Shown one piece after another: positions 29,545 through 43,476 of a DNA stretch of 64,000 bases. The notes below the pieces were generated by a model. The model searched no databases. It was given only the letters and a program-made list of their open reading frames with translations, and was not told the origin of the DNA. Position numbers and translations under genes: made by a program. Within the stretch, counting starts at the first letter, position 1; every line of letters starts with the position of its first letter. Source of the stretch: Eledone cirrhosa (Eukaryota); NCBI GenBank assembly GCA_964016885.1, contig OZ024743.1:89280001-89344000 (forward strand). The letters run 5' to 3'.

Positions 29545-29725
29545 TGTTTCTACTTTAGGCACAAGACCAGCAATTACCCAGTGCATTACTGGTACTTTAT
29601 TTTATCGACCCCGTAAGGATGAAAGGCAAAGTCAACCTCGGTGGGATTTGAACTCAGATCGTAAAGGGACGTAACTATGCTGGAAAGCATGGCGTCCGAC
29701 CCTCTACCGATACTGCCAATCCACC
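29545..29725 (-). mobile_element. Same SINE family, between Tx1 copies
   Basis: Reverse complement of the SINE; (AAT)n on both sides. Confidence 0.85.
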
Positions 29726-29731
29726 AATTAC

Positions 29732-29925
29732 AATAATAATAATAATAATGATTTCTTTATTGGCCACAAGGGCTGACATCAAGAAAAACATTACAGACGG
29801 CACAGGACGGTACAGGACGGTACAGGACGGTACGATGTGGGTTTTGTGCGTGTAAATATTTTTATTATTTATATAAGAAAAAAAAAAGGACATAGAAACA
29901 TACATATATATAAACAATAAAAATG
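29732..29925 (-). mobile_element. Short 3'-terminal fragment of the same Tx1 family
   Basis: Same terminal motif (plus strand: aataat gatttctttattggccacaagggc) as copy A; severely 5'-truncated. Confidence 0.75.
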
Positions 29926-32250
29926 AATAATAATAATACTTTCTTTATTAACCACAAGGATTTACATAAAGTAGACATTAAGGACAGTACAGGACAATAC
30001 AGGACGGTACAAATGGGCATTTGTGCGTGTAAAAAAAACAAAAACAGAGGATGTAACAAAAAAAAACAAGGAAAAATTCCCCAATAGGGGGGAGACTTCC
30101 GAGGGACATTTGTGGAGAAAGCCCATTAAAAGGCCACAGTGACCCTGACCATCAGGGCAAGTTCTCTCTCCCAGTTTTCCACCTTTAATTTACAGATACA
30201 TACTCAGAGTAGGCCCATTCACTCGGGCCATACTTGTTTCTCTCACCCATCTTTCAACAAAATGCTGGGAAGAGAGCACTTCCCTCTCTACCCTGATTTT
30301 CCTTTTCAAATGAAATTTGAAAAAGTTAATCAGGGCATCACCGAAGAGGTAAGTGCTCGTCTTCAGCCCTTTCAAACGTGTCCACCATACTATCTCTTTC
30401 GCCATGGCCACCAGACAGATAAAAACTGCCTGCCCTTCCCGGCTAAAAGAAGAGGGCGGGGCAATCCTCACAATGGACTCAGCTGATAGCTGGATCCGTC
30501 CTACACGTGACAGCAGGTGTTCGACATAAACTCACAAGTCAGCAATGCTCGGACACTGGACGAGTGCGTGCAGGACGGTTTCGTCGCCCTGCGCGCATCT
30601 CGGATATGCCCGGCTGACGGCACCTCCATGCCTGTAGAGTTTATCCCGAACTGGCAAAGCTCCTCGGTAGCACTGCCAGGCCAGGGATTTCTGGAAGTTG
30701 TCCATAGGCCCCGGCCCGAAAGTTCTTTCGAAGAGATTGGCTAGTTGATTTTCGTCGACGCCTAGAGTTTCTCCAAGTACGTCGTCGCACTTCCCCTCCA
30801 CCAATCCTCTATAGAACGCCAAAGTGGAGTTTCCGATTGGTCGAGGGCTGTGAGCGCCTGAAGACATTTCAGTCTCCAAGCGCTCCCTCTCGGTCTTCGC
30901 TTGACCCAGGACTGCAGCTCCGTCAAGGAGACGATCTGGGGAAAGATGTGTCTAGCAAACGGCGACCACACCTGATCACCGTCGAGGAAGAGGTGGAGAT
31001 GTCGTAGCCTGAGCATGTGTCTGCGCATCATCAGCCACGGCATGCCCAGCCCTCCACGTAGCGGGTGTTGACAGCAGATGGACCGCCTGACCATCGGAGC
31101 GCGTCCTTTCCACAAAAAGCGAAAGAGCAAACGCTCCAGCGCAGTCAGGCAGGGCTTAGGACAAGGTACGACGGTCAGGCGGTAGTAGATGACGGACGCG
31201 ATGTACGCGTTAGCCACCTCCGCTCGACCTTTCAGGGATAGCTTCCTCTCCGCCCATTTCTGGGCGAGAGAAGCCACCCTGCTCGTCATCCCTAGCAATT
31301 TAACCGGTCCGTCCGTCCAGCGCCCGACGACGCTGTTGGACGGCATGGACCTGCCTCTCCAGGTGCCGAGCTGCAGGCCCACTGACTTTTACTGGTTGAT
31401 CATTGCTCCTGTCACCGCTTCGTATTCTCTTAGTGTAGTGCCGATCGCCTCGATGTGTTTGGCGTTCGACACCACTACGGTGACATCGTCCGCATATGCT
31501 GACACGGATCTTCCGCATCCTAGTTCGCGCGGGATCCCTCTCAACGTCTCCAGTTTGTGCAGTAATGGCTCGAGAGTCAATACGTACAAAAGGGACGACA
31601 GGGGACATCCTTGGCGGACCGAGCGCATGATGTTGAACGGTTCCGAAAGGTGACCGTTCACTCTCACCACAGAGCAGATGTCGCTGTTCATGGCAGCGAT
31701 CCAGCCTCTGAAGACAGGCCTAAAGCCAGCCGCCCTCAAGACTGCCGCTAGGTAACGATGGTCGACCCTATCGAAAGCTTTCGACTGATCTAAATTGATG
31801 AAGGACCCACCCGTGCCAGGTTCCCTAGCTACCCTCTCTACGATGTATCGCATGAGGTGGAGGCTGTCGAGGATGGATCTGTCGGGAATGGCGCATGTCT
31901 GCGCCTCTCCCACCAGACCACCAACGACAAGCGCCAATCTCTTTGCTAGCACCTTGGCCAATTTAGCAGAGTTATGGGCCTGAAATTATCTCTGTTATCC
32001 CCCTTGTTTGGATCCTTTCTCAGCAGCGCCACCGCTCCTCTGCTCACAGAACTGGGAATTCTCCCGTTCTTTTGCCAGTTGCAGTAGACGTCCGCCAAGA
32101 GGCCTCCGAACAAGTCTGGCATCTGTACGTAAAGTTCATAGGGCAGACCATCCAAACCAGGCGATTTACCCCTTGTGCAGCCAATCATTTCCTCCCGTAC
32201 TTCAGCGGCTGTTATCGGCTTTTCGCAACATTCCGCCTTAGTGCCGAGAG
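29926..32250 (-). mobile_element. Tx1/L1-clade copy B, 5'-truncated (RT plus C-terminus)
   Basis: KSPGLDG, DQSKAFDRV, QGCPLS, YADD and the C-terminal zf region in ORFs 31946-32250, 31389-31961, 30762-31382, 30532-30879 and 30190-30471; (ATT)n tail at 29926-29937. Confidence 0.92.
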
Positions 32251-35200
32251 CAATAAAAATGAAAATTGAAACAATGAAAAATTCCCTAATAGGGGGGAAA
32301 CCTCTGAGGGTTACTCGTGGCGAAAACCACACAAAAGACCACGACCATCCTAACCACCAGGGCAAGCGCCCTCTCTCAATTTTTCCATTTTTCAAACTAC
32401 AGACGTGTATTCAGAGCGGTCCCGTTCACTCGGACCATTCTCGCTACATTCACCCACCTTTCAACAAACTTGCTAGAAAACAGCACTTGCCTCTCCACCC
32501 TGATTTTCCTCTTCAAGTGAAACTTGAAAAAGTTAATTAGGGATTCGCCGAAGAGGAAAGTGTCTGTCTTTAACCCTTTCAACCTTGTCCACCACACAAT
32601 CTCTTTCGCCATGGCCACCAAGCAGATGAAAATCGCCTGCCCTTCCTCCTCGAAGGAAGACGGCGAGACCATCGATAACCGGATCAGTCCTACACGCGAC
32701 AGCAACTGTTCGACATAGCTCCACAAGTCAGCAATGTTCGGGCACTGAACGAGTGCGTGCACGACGGTTTCGTCGCTCTGCGCGCATCTCGGACAAGCTC
32801 GGCTGACGGCCCTTCCGTGCCTGTAGAGCTTATCTCGAACCGGCAGCGCTCCCCGGTAGCACTGCCAGGCCAGGGATTTTTGGAAGTTATCCATAGGCCC
32901 TGGGCTGAAAGTTCTCCGGAAGAGAGCAAACCGCTGATGTTCTTCGACGCCCAGGATCTCTCTGAGAACATCGTCGCTCTTCCCCTCCACTAGTCCTCTA
33001 TAGAACGCCGAGGTGGATGTTCCACCGATACTGGTGCCCAGCTGGCAGAGGGCAGTGAGCGCCTGGAGACATTCCAGTTTTCAAGCGCTATCCCTCGGTC
33101 TTTTTCTGACCCAGGACTGCAGTTCCGTCAAGGAGACGAGCTGTGGGAAAACGTGCCTGACAAATGGTGACCACACCTGTTCACCGTCAAGGAAACACCA
33201 TAGATGTCGCAGCCTCAGCGCGTGTTTGCGCTTCATCAGCCATGGCATGCCCAGCCCTCTACGCAACGGGTGTTGACAGCAGATGGATCGTCTGACCATG
33301 GGAGCAGATCCCTGCCATAAAAAGCGGAAGAGGAGGCGCTTCATTTTTGTCAGAGTTGGGCCGGGGCAAGGCACAACGGTTAGGCGGTAGCAGATGACGC
33401 ATGCGATGAACGCATTCTCCACCTCTGCCCGACTTTGCAGGGACAGCTTCCTCTCGGCCCATTTCTGGGTGAGAGAGGCCACCTGTTCGTCACCTCGCTC
33501 CAGTTTTTCTCCATCTGGAGGTCCGGACCGAACGAGACCCCGAGCAATTTAACCGGTCCTTCCGTCCAGCGCCTCATGACGCTGTCGGGCGGCATGATCT
33601 TGCCTCTCCAGGTGCCGAGCTGCAAGCCCACCGACTTTTCCTGGTTTAACACTGCTTCTGTCACTGCTTCATATTCCTTGAGAGCGGTGCCGAGCATCTG
33701 GACATCTCCGGTGCTTGACACCACTACGGTGACGTCGTCAGCGTAAGCCGATATGGATCTCCCACATCTCAGTTCGCGTGGGACGTCTCTCATCGCCTCC
33801 AATTTGTGCAGTAACGGTTCTAGTGCCAATACGTACAAGAGTGACGAGAGGGGACAACCCTGACGGACCGAGTGCATGATGCTGAACGGCTGTGACAGAT
33901 GACCGTTCACCTTCACAACTGAGCAGATATCGCTGTGCATATCAGCGAAGCAACTCCTGAAAATGGGCCCGAAACCAGCCGCCTCGAGGACCGCCTCCAA
34001 GTACCGATGGTTGACCCTATCAAATGCCTAAGATTGATCTAAGTTGATCAGGGCCACACCCGTGCCAGGCTCCTTAATCACCCTCTCTATGATGTATCGC
34101 ATGAGGTGGAGGTTGTTGTGCATGGATCTGTCTGGAATGGTGCATGTCTGCACCTCTCCTACCAGATTACCGACGACAAGCGCCAATCACGTTGCTAACA
34201 CCTTGGCCAAAATCTTGAAGTCTGTGTTTAACAGAGTTATGGGCCTGAAGTTGTCTATATCATCCCCTTTGTTCGGGTCTTTTCTCAACAGCGCCACCGC
34301 TCCCCGGCTCACAAAACTGGGAATGCTCCCGTTCTGCTACCAGTTGCAGTAGACGTCTGCCAAAAGGTCGCCGAACAAGTCTGGCATGTACGCATAAAGC
34401 TCGTAGGGCAGACCATCCAAACCTGGCGATTTACCCCTCGGGCAGTCAGACATCGCTTCCCGTATTTCACCTGCTGTTACCGCAATACTGCACTGCGTTC
34501 GTCGAGAGCTGTGGAAGTCCCTCGAGACACGCACTGAAGTTCATACTCCGATCTGGCTCTCCGCCGCTCCCAAACAGTTGAGCAAAGTGCTACTGAAAAA
34601 CCTCACACATCTGCTCGGGTTCGAGTAACATGTGCTCGTTTTGGTCAGGCAAGGATTGAATTGTGGCTTTGTTGCTACGTCGCGCCTCCACCACCCGGGC
34701 CCATGGACAGCATTCGTCCCCTCTTGTCTCAGAGCACGCGCTCTAGCTCTGACAACGCAGCCTTCGTGCTTTGCATTGAAGAATTGGTCGAGTGCAATCT
34801 TGCCGCAAGCACGTCGGTTGCGATGCCTGTCCTTCTACCCTATTTTCCTCTATCTTTACTCCTTTGCTAAACCTTATTGATTCTACTCTAATTGCACTTT
34901 TCAGGGTAAACCACCACCTGTTGTTGACGATCGCACGCTTAACTAATTCACTTATCCGGCCTCTGTAAGCTTTGCGCGCCGGGAAAGACGCGTTCAGCTT
35001 CCAGTAACCAGGTCCTTGCCTATGGAGTCTATCTAAGTCGACTTCACAGATCACAAATTTGTGGTTCGAGTAGCCGACTACTTTAAATTGTGGACAACCT
35101 ACACTAGCCTTATCTGTTTCCCTACACAATACCCTATCTAGATACGATCTGAATTAACCGTTGCGGTTTGCCCATGTCCACAATGGCACATTCGGATAAT

Positions 35201-37540
35201 CCAGTCGATACCTGTCAGACAGTTGAAAACGTCTGAGCAGGTTGGTGAGGCTTTTACATCTTCCTCCCTTATTTACCAGCCCCACATAATCCTAGCGTGC
35301 ATCTAAGATACCGTTCCAGTCACCCACTAACACTAAAGAGCGGGACGTTCCAAGAAAGGTATCTAGACGCCTGAAGAAATCTGGCCGTCCTGCCCTTGAC
35401 GGGGCGTAGACGGCTACTAGCCTGAAAGCATTGCCTTCGCTGTCTGTCACGTCCAGTACCACCGACTTACCTTCTGGGTCCAGGAAGATGGCTCATATGG
35501 CGTGATCCAAGCCTCTCCTAAAAAGCACAGCAACTCCGCTCCCCGTTCCCGGACGGCTGGGAGATGCGTATGCATCGTAGCCGCCGAGGATCAGAGCGAA
35601 GTCTCGTGCTTCGGAAATTCTGGTCTCGCTGATGTTTAGTGACCTGAGGTCGTTAAGCAGGTGGCCCTGCTTCCAAGATGACCCCAGGCCACGTACATTT
35701 AGACTGCCTATTCTAAGTAAGGCCATGTTGGGTGAGGAATGGAGTAAGTGAGAAAGGATCAGCCAACCTGATCGTGTGGGAAAGGGACAGTTGAACCGTC
35801 CCTTTGGCTGGTCATGGGTGTCTCCAAGATGATGTCGGTGTATATCCTTTTGGTAACTGACCCTCTGAAGTCTCCAACTGCGTTGGAGAATTTTTCTTTT
35901 AAATGTTTATAATGTTCTATTTTAATTTCAATAATGTTTATATTTTTCGGGAGAGTTCTTGGTGTTGGTGGGGTGTAGTAATTTTTGCCCGTAATGTCTG
36001 TGTGCTGCTTTATATGTTCTAAGAGTTCTTTATTTGCCATGTTTATGGCTGTGTAATGTTTTTTTGGGGGGGCTTGGTTTTGTTGTTGTTTTCTTGTTGC
36101 TGCTGTTGGGTATGTTTGTCTTGTTGTGTCTGCGATGTTGATGTTTGTGGTGATGCTGGTGGTGGTGTGGTGGTTGTTGGTGGTGATGGTGGTGGCGTTG
36201 CTGCGAGTCGCCTTGCAGCCTTTACCCCTCGTTGTTTGCCCTCGCTTTTGGAGAGTGAAGCTAAGGGTTTTTTTCTCTTTTGTTTTTTGTGGCAGACGGT
36301 TTGCCACTTCACTCCCGCCTCAAACTCCATGTCGGATTCCGTGGCGTATGGGAGGGGTATGTGCTCCACGGCTGTTGGTGGTGGTAGTGGAGCCTTCTCC
36401 GGCGATTTTGTTGCTGGTGCAGCTACTGCAAATGTAGCTACTGGTGTTGCCGCCACTGCTGCTGCTGCTTTAGTTGTCCGTGGCCTTGGTACGAGTGCCA
36501 CGGACGTTGCCCTCCTACTCACTATGGAAGGGTCTTCTGCGTTTGTTTCCTGCCCTGCTCTTGGTAGCAGCGGACCAGGCATTGGAAGGAGGGAGGGACT
36601 TCTTCTTCGCTGTCTTAAATTGACAAAAGGCCCTGAGGTGACCCTTTTACCCACAGAGATAACATTTTGGCCGTCTTCCTTCCACGCTTATAGAGAGTTG
36701 GAGTCCTTCCTCGAGGTTTATGATATCGGGGATAGCCTCGATACACTCCTGGTCAGTTTGTATAAGCATTTGCTTGCCTATATCTGACCAGTTCTCTCTC
36801 CCTATTTTCTCTACTTGCAGCATGGTTGTCCTGTCCTCGATTCCAGCAAGGACAGACGCGGCAGCCAAGGTATGGTCACGTTGAGTGGGACCTGGGTTAT
36901 TTTGACCCTCACAATTTTCTACCCGCAGTAGGAGGGCAGCAAGACTATTTCCTCACTCTTTAGGATTTCCAAAGAGTGAGACTTCGCCTCTTCGGGGTAG
37001 CGAAAAGTACGTCCACTGTGGCATACTTTCTGCCTCGCGTGATGTGGGTTTTGCGCGCCCAGACGCACCCAAAGGGTTTTTGGATTTGCGTCTCCGTGGC
37101 TCTGGTCACCGTCGGTAGCTGCTGGTCCTTGAAAAAATCGGGTGGAGATTTCAGGGAAAATATTGGCATTTTTTGTCACCATGGCCCTTGCGACTGCCAT
37201 CTCCTCTTCTGTGACTAACACTGTTTCGATATTTCGGGCCACACCTGCAAAAGAAGTGGCCCCTTTTTCAGCGGCACCACTATTGCTGCCGTTACTGGTC
37301 TTCCTGGTGGTGCTGAGATCGCTGTTGCTGTTATTGTTGTCATTGTTGTTGTTTTCGTTGATACTGTTGCTGCTGTTATTGTTATTGTGGCTGTTGTTAT
37401 TATTGTTGTTTTTGTTGATACTGTTCTTACTATTATTGTTGCTGTGGCTGTTATTGTCATTGTTATTGTCTTTCTCGACCTTACCGCTGTTATTTTTGTT
37501 GTTGCTGTTGTTATTGATGGTGTTGTTGTTGTTGTTATTT
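32251..37540 (-). mobile_element. Tx1/L1-clade copy C (ORF1 + ORF2, decayed; terminal tail and 5' UTR missing)
   Basis: ORF2 start MALLRIGSLNVRGL at 35726; RT with YADD in 33380-34000; zf region 32397-32990; ORF1 with CYLCG*KGHLRAFC near 36620-36665. Confidence 0.92.
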
Positions 37541-39185
37541 ATTTAGTTTTGTCTTCTTCTCTGCGCATGCGTTTGCGTGTGTGTATAGTGTTTGGTGTGT
37601 GTGTGTTCGCGTTTGGCTGACTGTGTTTTGGTTATTGTATTCTATTTTAGTTTATTAGTGTGTGTTTATATGTGTTTATTGTTATTGTGCTTGTGTATAT
37701 ATTTATTTATTTATATTTCTCTTAAGTCAGTATTGTTTGTTTGGGTGTTGTTATTCCATTCATTTTTTCTGTTTAGCTTTGGCCTTCTAAATTCTATTTC
37801 GCTTGCCTCTCTGATTTGCCTATCTGCTGGGTCATTTCTATGTTTAGATATTATTTTAATTTCTATGTTGTCTATGTTACCATCATGTTGTTGTCTGGCG
37901 TGTTCGTATAGTACTGAACCGTTTTTTGTCCTTTTAATTCCCCCCAGTGTTGGTCTATTCTTTCTCCTATGCTTCGAGCTGTCTCACCTATGTATGTTGT
38001 TGTCATGTTTCTATAAGTACCCTCTGTACATCTTATGTTATAGACTACATTTCTAGTTTTACAGTTTATCTGGGGCTTTACTTTACATACAACACATTTC
38101 TTATTAGTATAGTGGTTTGTTTAAAAAAGGGTATGTTTTGCTGATCAGGGATTTTATGGTAGTTCCTGGCTTTTCTACCACTTTAATCTTTAAGTGGGTC
38201 TTTCTCAGGGCCTTTCTACATTGGTTAGCTAAGTTCCCTCCAGGGGTAGCGTCCACGAACATGACACTCTGGTATCTCTGGTTGTCGTACCATGAGGTGG
38301 CTTTCCCTATCTTATGTTTAGTCCTATCTAAGCTATTCCATGATTTGCTCCTGTATAATGGACAAATTCCTTTCATGTCCAGTTCTATGAGGGTCTTATA
38401 CTTCTCCGTGGCTCCTTTGTATACTATGATTCTGTCTCTTTCGTGGTAGCCAGAGAATTGCATGCGGTTGATGAAGTGTTGGATGTGTCTTTCCATTTCT
38501 ATTGGGTCGCACACGCGGGACACGTTCTTCATCACTCGTACTAGAAATGTAGTCTATAGCATAAGATGTACAGAGGGTACTTGCAGAAACATGACAACAT
38601 CATACATAGATGAGACAGCTCGAAGCATAGGAGAAAGAATAGACCAACACTGGAGTGAATTAAAAGGACAAAAAACGGTTCAGTACTATACGAACACGCC
38701 AGACAACAACATGATGGTAAAATAGACAACATAGAAATTAAAATAATATCTAAACATAGAAATGTCTCAGCAGGTAGGCAAATCAGAGAGGCCAGCGAAA
38801 TAAGCTTAGAAAGCCAAAGCTAAATAGAAAAAATGAATGGAATAACAACAATACCCAAACAAACAATACTGACTTAAGAGAAATATAAATAAATAAATAA
38901 ATAAATAAATAAATATATACACAAGCACAATAACAACAAACCCATATAAACACACACTAATAAACTAAGATAGAATTCAATAACCAAAACACAGTCACCC
39001 AAACGCGAACACACACACCAAGCACTATACACACACGCAAACGCATGCGCAGAGAAGAAGACAAAAATAAATAAATAAACAGATAAAATAAAAATGGCGT
39101 AGGCATACAATGCAACAGGAGGAAACATAATAGTACCACTGATGATGTTGCAGATGTGCAACGAAAGAACTTTGTTAGACTATAT
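37541..39185. mobile_element. Penelope-like retroelement remnant: RT-thumb/linker + GIY-YIG, with an inverted copy of the 3' end (pseudo-LTR)
   Basis: Minus strand 38535-37715 reads ...SVMFVDATPGGNLA...IKVVEKPGTT.../CVVCKVKPQINCKTRNVVYNIRC...TYIGETARSIGERIDQH...RQIREA..I...PKLNRKNEW (GIY-YIG). 38540-39075 is its reverse complement and extends to a hammerhead motif and a TA tract. Confidence 0.9.
39130..39183 (+). ncRNA. Type I minimal hammerhead ribozyme motif in the Penelope pseudo-LTR
   Basis: CTGATGA-T-GTTGCA-gatg-TGCAAC-GAAA-G-aa-CTT; stem II is perfect and stem I is imperfect (tagtacca / tgttagacta). Confidence 0.7.
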
Positions 39186-39365
39186 ATATGTATTTATATC
39201 AGTATTTTTGACCGTTGGTCAATCAATGATAAACATTCATGGCCGAATGAATTAACTGTAGAGATATAAAAGATACAGAAGCGAAAACCAACCAAACAGT
39301 GAGTGTGTTCTGTTATTATTTATGGCAATATTATAACAACAATATGACCCTCCCCAAGTATAACA

Positions 39366-39648
<283 letters not shown>

Positions 39649-40200
39649 ATCAAACGTTGTACACACATAGATATTTTTCAAGTTCCAATTGAGTTCTAAC
39701 ACGTGGCCTGAATTCCTTTTAGAATTCATCGCCTTGCGCATGTATTGTTTTTTGGGCGGTAATATACTTCCTCATTTTTGAATCAGTTTGAGTATTTCTT
39801 TAGAACTGCTGGAGTAGCAACCTAACAGATACCTCAGACACTGATGGTGATTATCGCTAAATACTGATGTTGGTTAGATTATCAATATTAGTATTGTTGG
39901 GCACCCACTGAAGAATTATAAGAGCCCACTTGAATATATATCTATTGATGGTATACAAGCTCCTACATAAATTGATATAATTTCACCCAAATTGTAGGAA
40001 TCCTATAATGAAACGAGACGTCCGTCTGGGAAGAGATATATTCGATATGTCTCATATGAAATAATACAGCCAATTTTCCACACAATACATTTAGTTAGCA
40101 ACCCGAACATTTAATTAGGAATATACTCACTTATTTCCTAATGTTTGTTGAATGAGTTGGAATTTGGCCGGAGTATCGCTATTAGCTTTCTCCGATTATG

Positions 40201-40237
<37 letters not shown>

Positions 40238-40241
<4 letters not shown>

Positions 40242-40441
40242 AGAGTCAGGAACCCGACGGCCGAGCTCCGGCCGTTTCGACAGCTAGATCCGAACTCTAA
40301 TGTTCGGATCTAGCTGTCGAAATCGCCGGAGCTCAGCCGTCGGGTTCCTGACTCTTTTCCTATTACCCACTCTACTACCCTAAATATCGAATACTCTGGT
40401 GCATTATGGTCCACCTGGTTCCTTACCACACTCTCTTTGTT
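40238..40441 (+). mobile_element. Fold-back family F1, copy 1 (inverted arm + half-hammerhead + common tail, in TA tract)
   Basis: ~60-bp inverted arms followed by the tail ttttcctattacccactctactaccctaa...ggttccttaccaca. Confidence 0.8.
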
Positions 40442-41073
40442 ATATATATACTTCTCTGAAAACGTATCGCTGCAAAATAAGTATTGTTAAGAGAATTTGT
40501 AAGGAAACCAAATGGGATGAAGATTAGGTTGGATGGGGGATGGGGAGGGGGACACAAACAGTAACTTTGTTACATATAGGTTATTTAAATTTAACAACAA
40601 CAACAGCAACAAATAATAATAATAATTATACAGTGACCTATAACAATAATTATTTAGTGTGATGGTGACTGGTAGAAACATAAAAACAAAACATTTTCTT
40701 CAATTTTAGATGTATTTCTATATTGAAGTCACTGCAAATTCCAACTTCCGTTCTGTAATAAAGTGAAAGTAAAACTGAAAGTGAAGAGGTGGATGTGACG
40801 TAACGACATTAGATAAGGAGTGAAATACGAAATATATGTAAATTAAGTGATGTGAAATATATCATATATGTAGTTAACTGTCGTATATATTTCATTGGGC
40901 TGTGAAATAAGATTAATGAATGTCCGTTAACGGTTTTAAAATATATTTCTTCATGTAGGAGCACAAATATCTACTGTTACACATACTCATATGAATGTTA
41001 CATGGTAAGATACCCCCCCACACACACACATACACATATATATATGTATATATATTGTATATATGTATGTATA

Positions 41074-41118
<45 letters not shown>

Positions 41119-42035
41119 AATCTGTGGTGCTGAAAAGGCTTGCTGAACACAAGCTGAAACTACTAGGCGCTGTCGTCGGGATTTTACCCCCCTCTCCCCC
41201 TCTCTCTCTCTCTCGCTCTCTCTTTATATATACATATAGTGTATGTGGTTCTGTGAATTACTGGAGGTGGTACCAAAAAGGACCATTCGATGCACAGGCA
41301 GAGTGTATATATTAAGAAAAATATGCTTACATCTATATATAAATTTGAGCAACTTCCGTCCGCCAGTCCACCACACAATGTGCGTGTCTGTGTGTGTTTG
41401 TGTGAATATACGTGTGTGTAAAAGGAAAGAAGGGGATGGCGATAAAACTATAGTAAAACAGTTTCTGGCGTTCTATTTGCTACGCTGTGTGTGAGTATAT
41501 GTGTATGCGTTTGTGTAAATCTATGTGTGTTTGTGTGAATGTATGTGTGTGTTTGTGTGAATATCTGTCTGTGAGTATGTATTTTTGTAAGTGTGTCCGT
41601 GTTTGTGCGTTTATATTTATATACGCATATATATAAATGTATACATATACACATACACATACGCACACTCATATATACATTAAGAAACATTTTAGGGTTT
41701 ATATCTTAAATAAAGACTAGGAAGGACAATGAATGGCGACAACCCAATAATCTTTATAGTTCCAAGTAAAATATAATTTTGAGTACAGTCGTATTTTATT
41801 AACAAATTCATAGATACACGTATTATATTAATATTTAATATTAATTCTCATATTCCGACCTGAGAAATAGATCCTTAATGATTGGACACATCTCATCACG
41901 GTCTTTAGCAACTCTCTGCGGATCACCTCGGTTATCATTCATTTAACTGTAGCTGTTCTACAACCAAATGTTCAATGGTCTCTTTCGTCGCACAGACTTC
42001 CGCTTCCGGTGGTGTCTATCTTAATTCTATCATTG

Positions 42036-42090
<55 letters not shown>

Positions 42091-42127
42091 ACACGCATAT
42101 AAATATATATATATACATACATATATA

Positions 42128-42929
42128 TCTGTATATATATAACATTAAGTAGGTGTGTGTGTGTGTGTATTACCTATAGGGGCCTACATCTTGCGACCGA
42201 TTTTCATGAAAATTTACAGGCTCATAGATTAGTCATCGGGGAGTCTTTTCTATATACCAGCGTATCGTTTTTTTTTATTCTGGGGTCATTCTGCAGATAA
42301 AATCGATAGGGGGTCACCTTTTTTTAGGTATCGAAAAATAAGATTTTTGGCTCTAGCTCCCACATTTTGTCACCGATTTCGTTCAAATTTTAAAGCAAAA
42401 TACAATTTATCTTTGTACATCCTGTAATGGCTTCATATTTTTCATTTGTTGTTCAGGAACGGCGTGGCAGCCGCTTAAATATTCAAAAATACCACTTCTA
42501 GACTCAAATTTCCACTTTTTCGGCTCTAGCTCCCACATTAATCAACCTACTTTGTTCAAAATTTACACTACGCTAGATCTGATTATCTCACGTCTTAAAG
42601 TGGCTTTACATTTTTGATTTTTTGTTCAGGAACGGCGTGGCAGCCGCTTAAATATTCGAAAATACCACCTCTTCGCTCAAATTTCCACCGTTTCGGCTCT
42701 AGCTCCGACATTTTTCAACCGATTTCGTTCAAATTCGAAACTCCCTCCCCCAGCATGCCCCTTCGTCAGTCACCCGCGTTTCTCAGTGATAGAGGTCATC
42801 ACCACCCTCCCTCGCATGGCCTGTGTGTGACCATAGATGAGTCATCGAGAAGCAGTCGTTAAGATCAACACCTTTTCATCAAAGCAGATATTATTTTACC
42901 TACCCAGGCAACGCTGGGTACTGCTGCTA

Positions 42930-42930
<1 letters not shown>
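42128..42930 (+). mobile_element. Non-autonomous Helitron-like element
   Basis: 5' TC after A; internal ~190-bp tandem subrepeats; 3' hairpin ACCCAG-gcaacg-CTGGGT then CTAG followed by T. Confidence 0.75.
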
Positions 42931-42996
<66 letters not shown>

Positions 42997-43288
42997 TTAT
43001 TGACTTGATTTTTTTCATTTTTTCCTCTCTTTACGTTGCCTCACCATTCGTGTCTGTTTACATGTCTTTCTCTTTCTCCACCCAACTCTTTTTATCCCAA
43101 TAACTTATTTTAGTTATTGTATCGCCCTAGCTGGAGCTATATTGTCTGTAATGCGAAGAAATATCTATGATGGCTAGTAGACAACTGATGATGGATATTC
43201 CTTCTATTTCTATTCTTCATTTTTTTATACTTAAATGCAACAACACAGCTCGCCATTTTTGATTTATATATAATATATATATATATAT

Positions 43289-43476
43289 AACAAAGGAAGT
43301 GTGGTAAGGAACCAGGTGGACCATAACGCACCAGAATACTCGATACTATGGGTAGTAGAGTGGGTAATAGGAAAATGGTCAGGACCTCAACGGCTGAGCT
43401 CCGGTCGTTTCGACAGCTATTTCTGAAATAGATGTCGAAACGGCCAGAGCTCAGCCATCGGGGTCCTGACCCTTTT

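Noticed and set aside
31946-32395. 149-aa ORF as a novel fusion protein
   Set aside because: Chance read-through across the junction of two decayed Tx1 copies.
40238-40360. Fold-back hairpins as sequencing artefacts or pre-miRNAs
   Set aside because: Recurrent family-specific breakpoints and arm divergence argue against artefact; they are multi-copy repeats with no small-RNA evidence available.
43165-43205. CTGATGA-t-GGA-tat-TCC here and CTGAAGA motifs at ~48218 and ~50265 as hammerheads
   Set aside because: No GAAA/stem III/stem I completion is visible; insufficient support.
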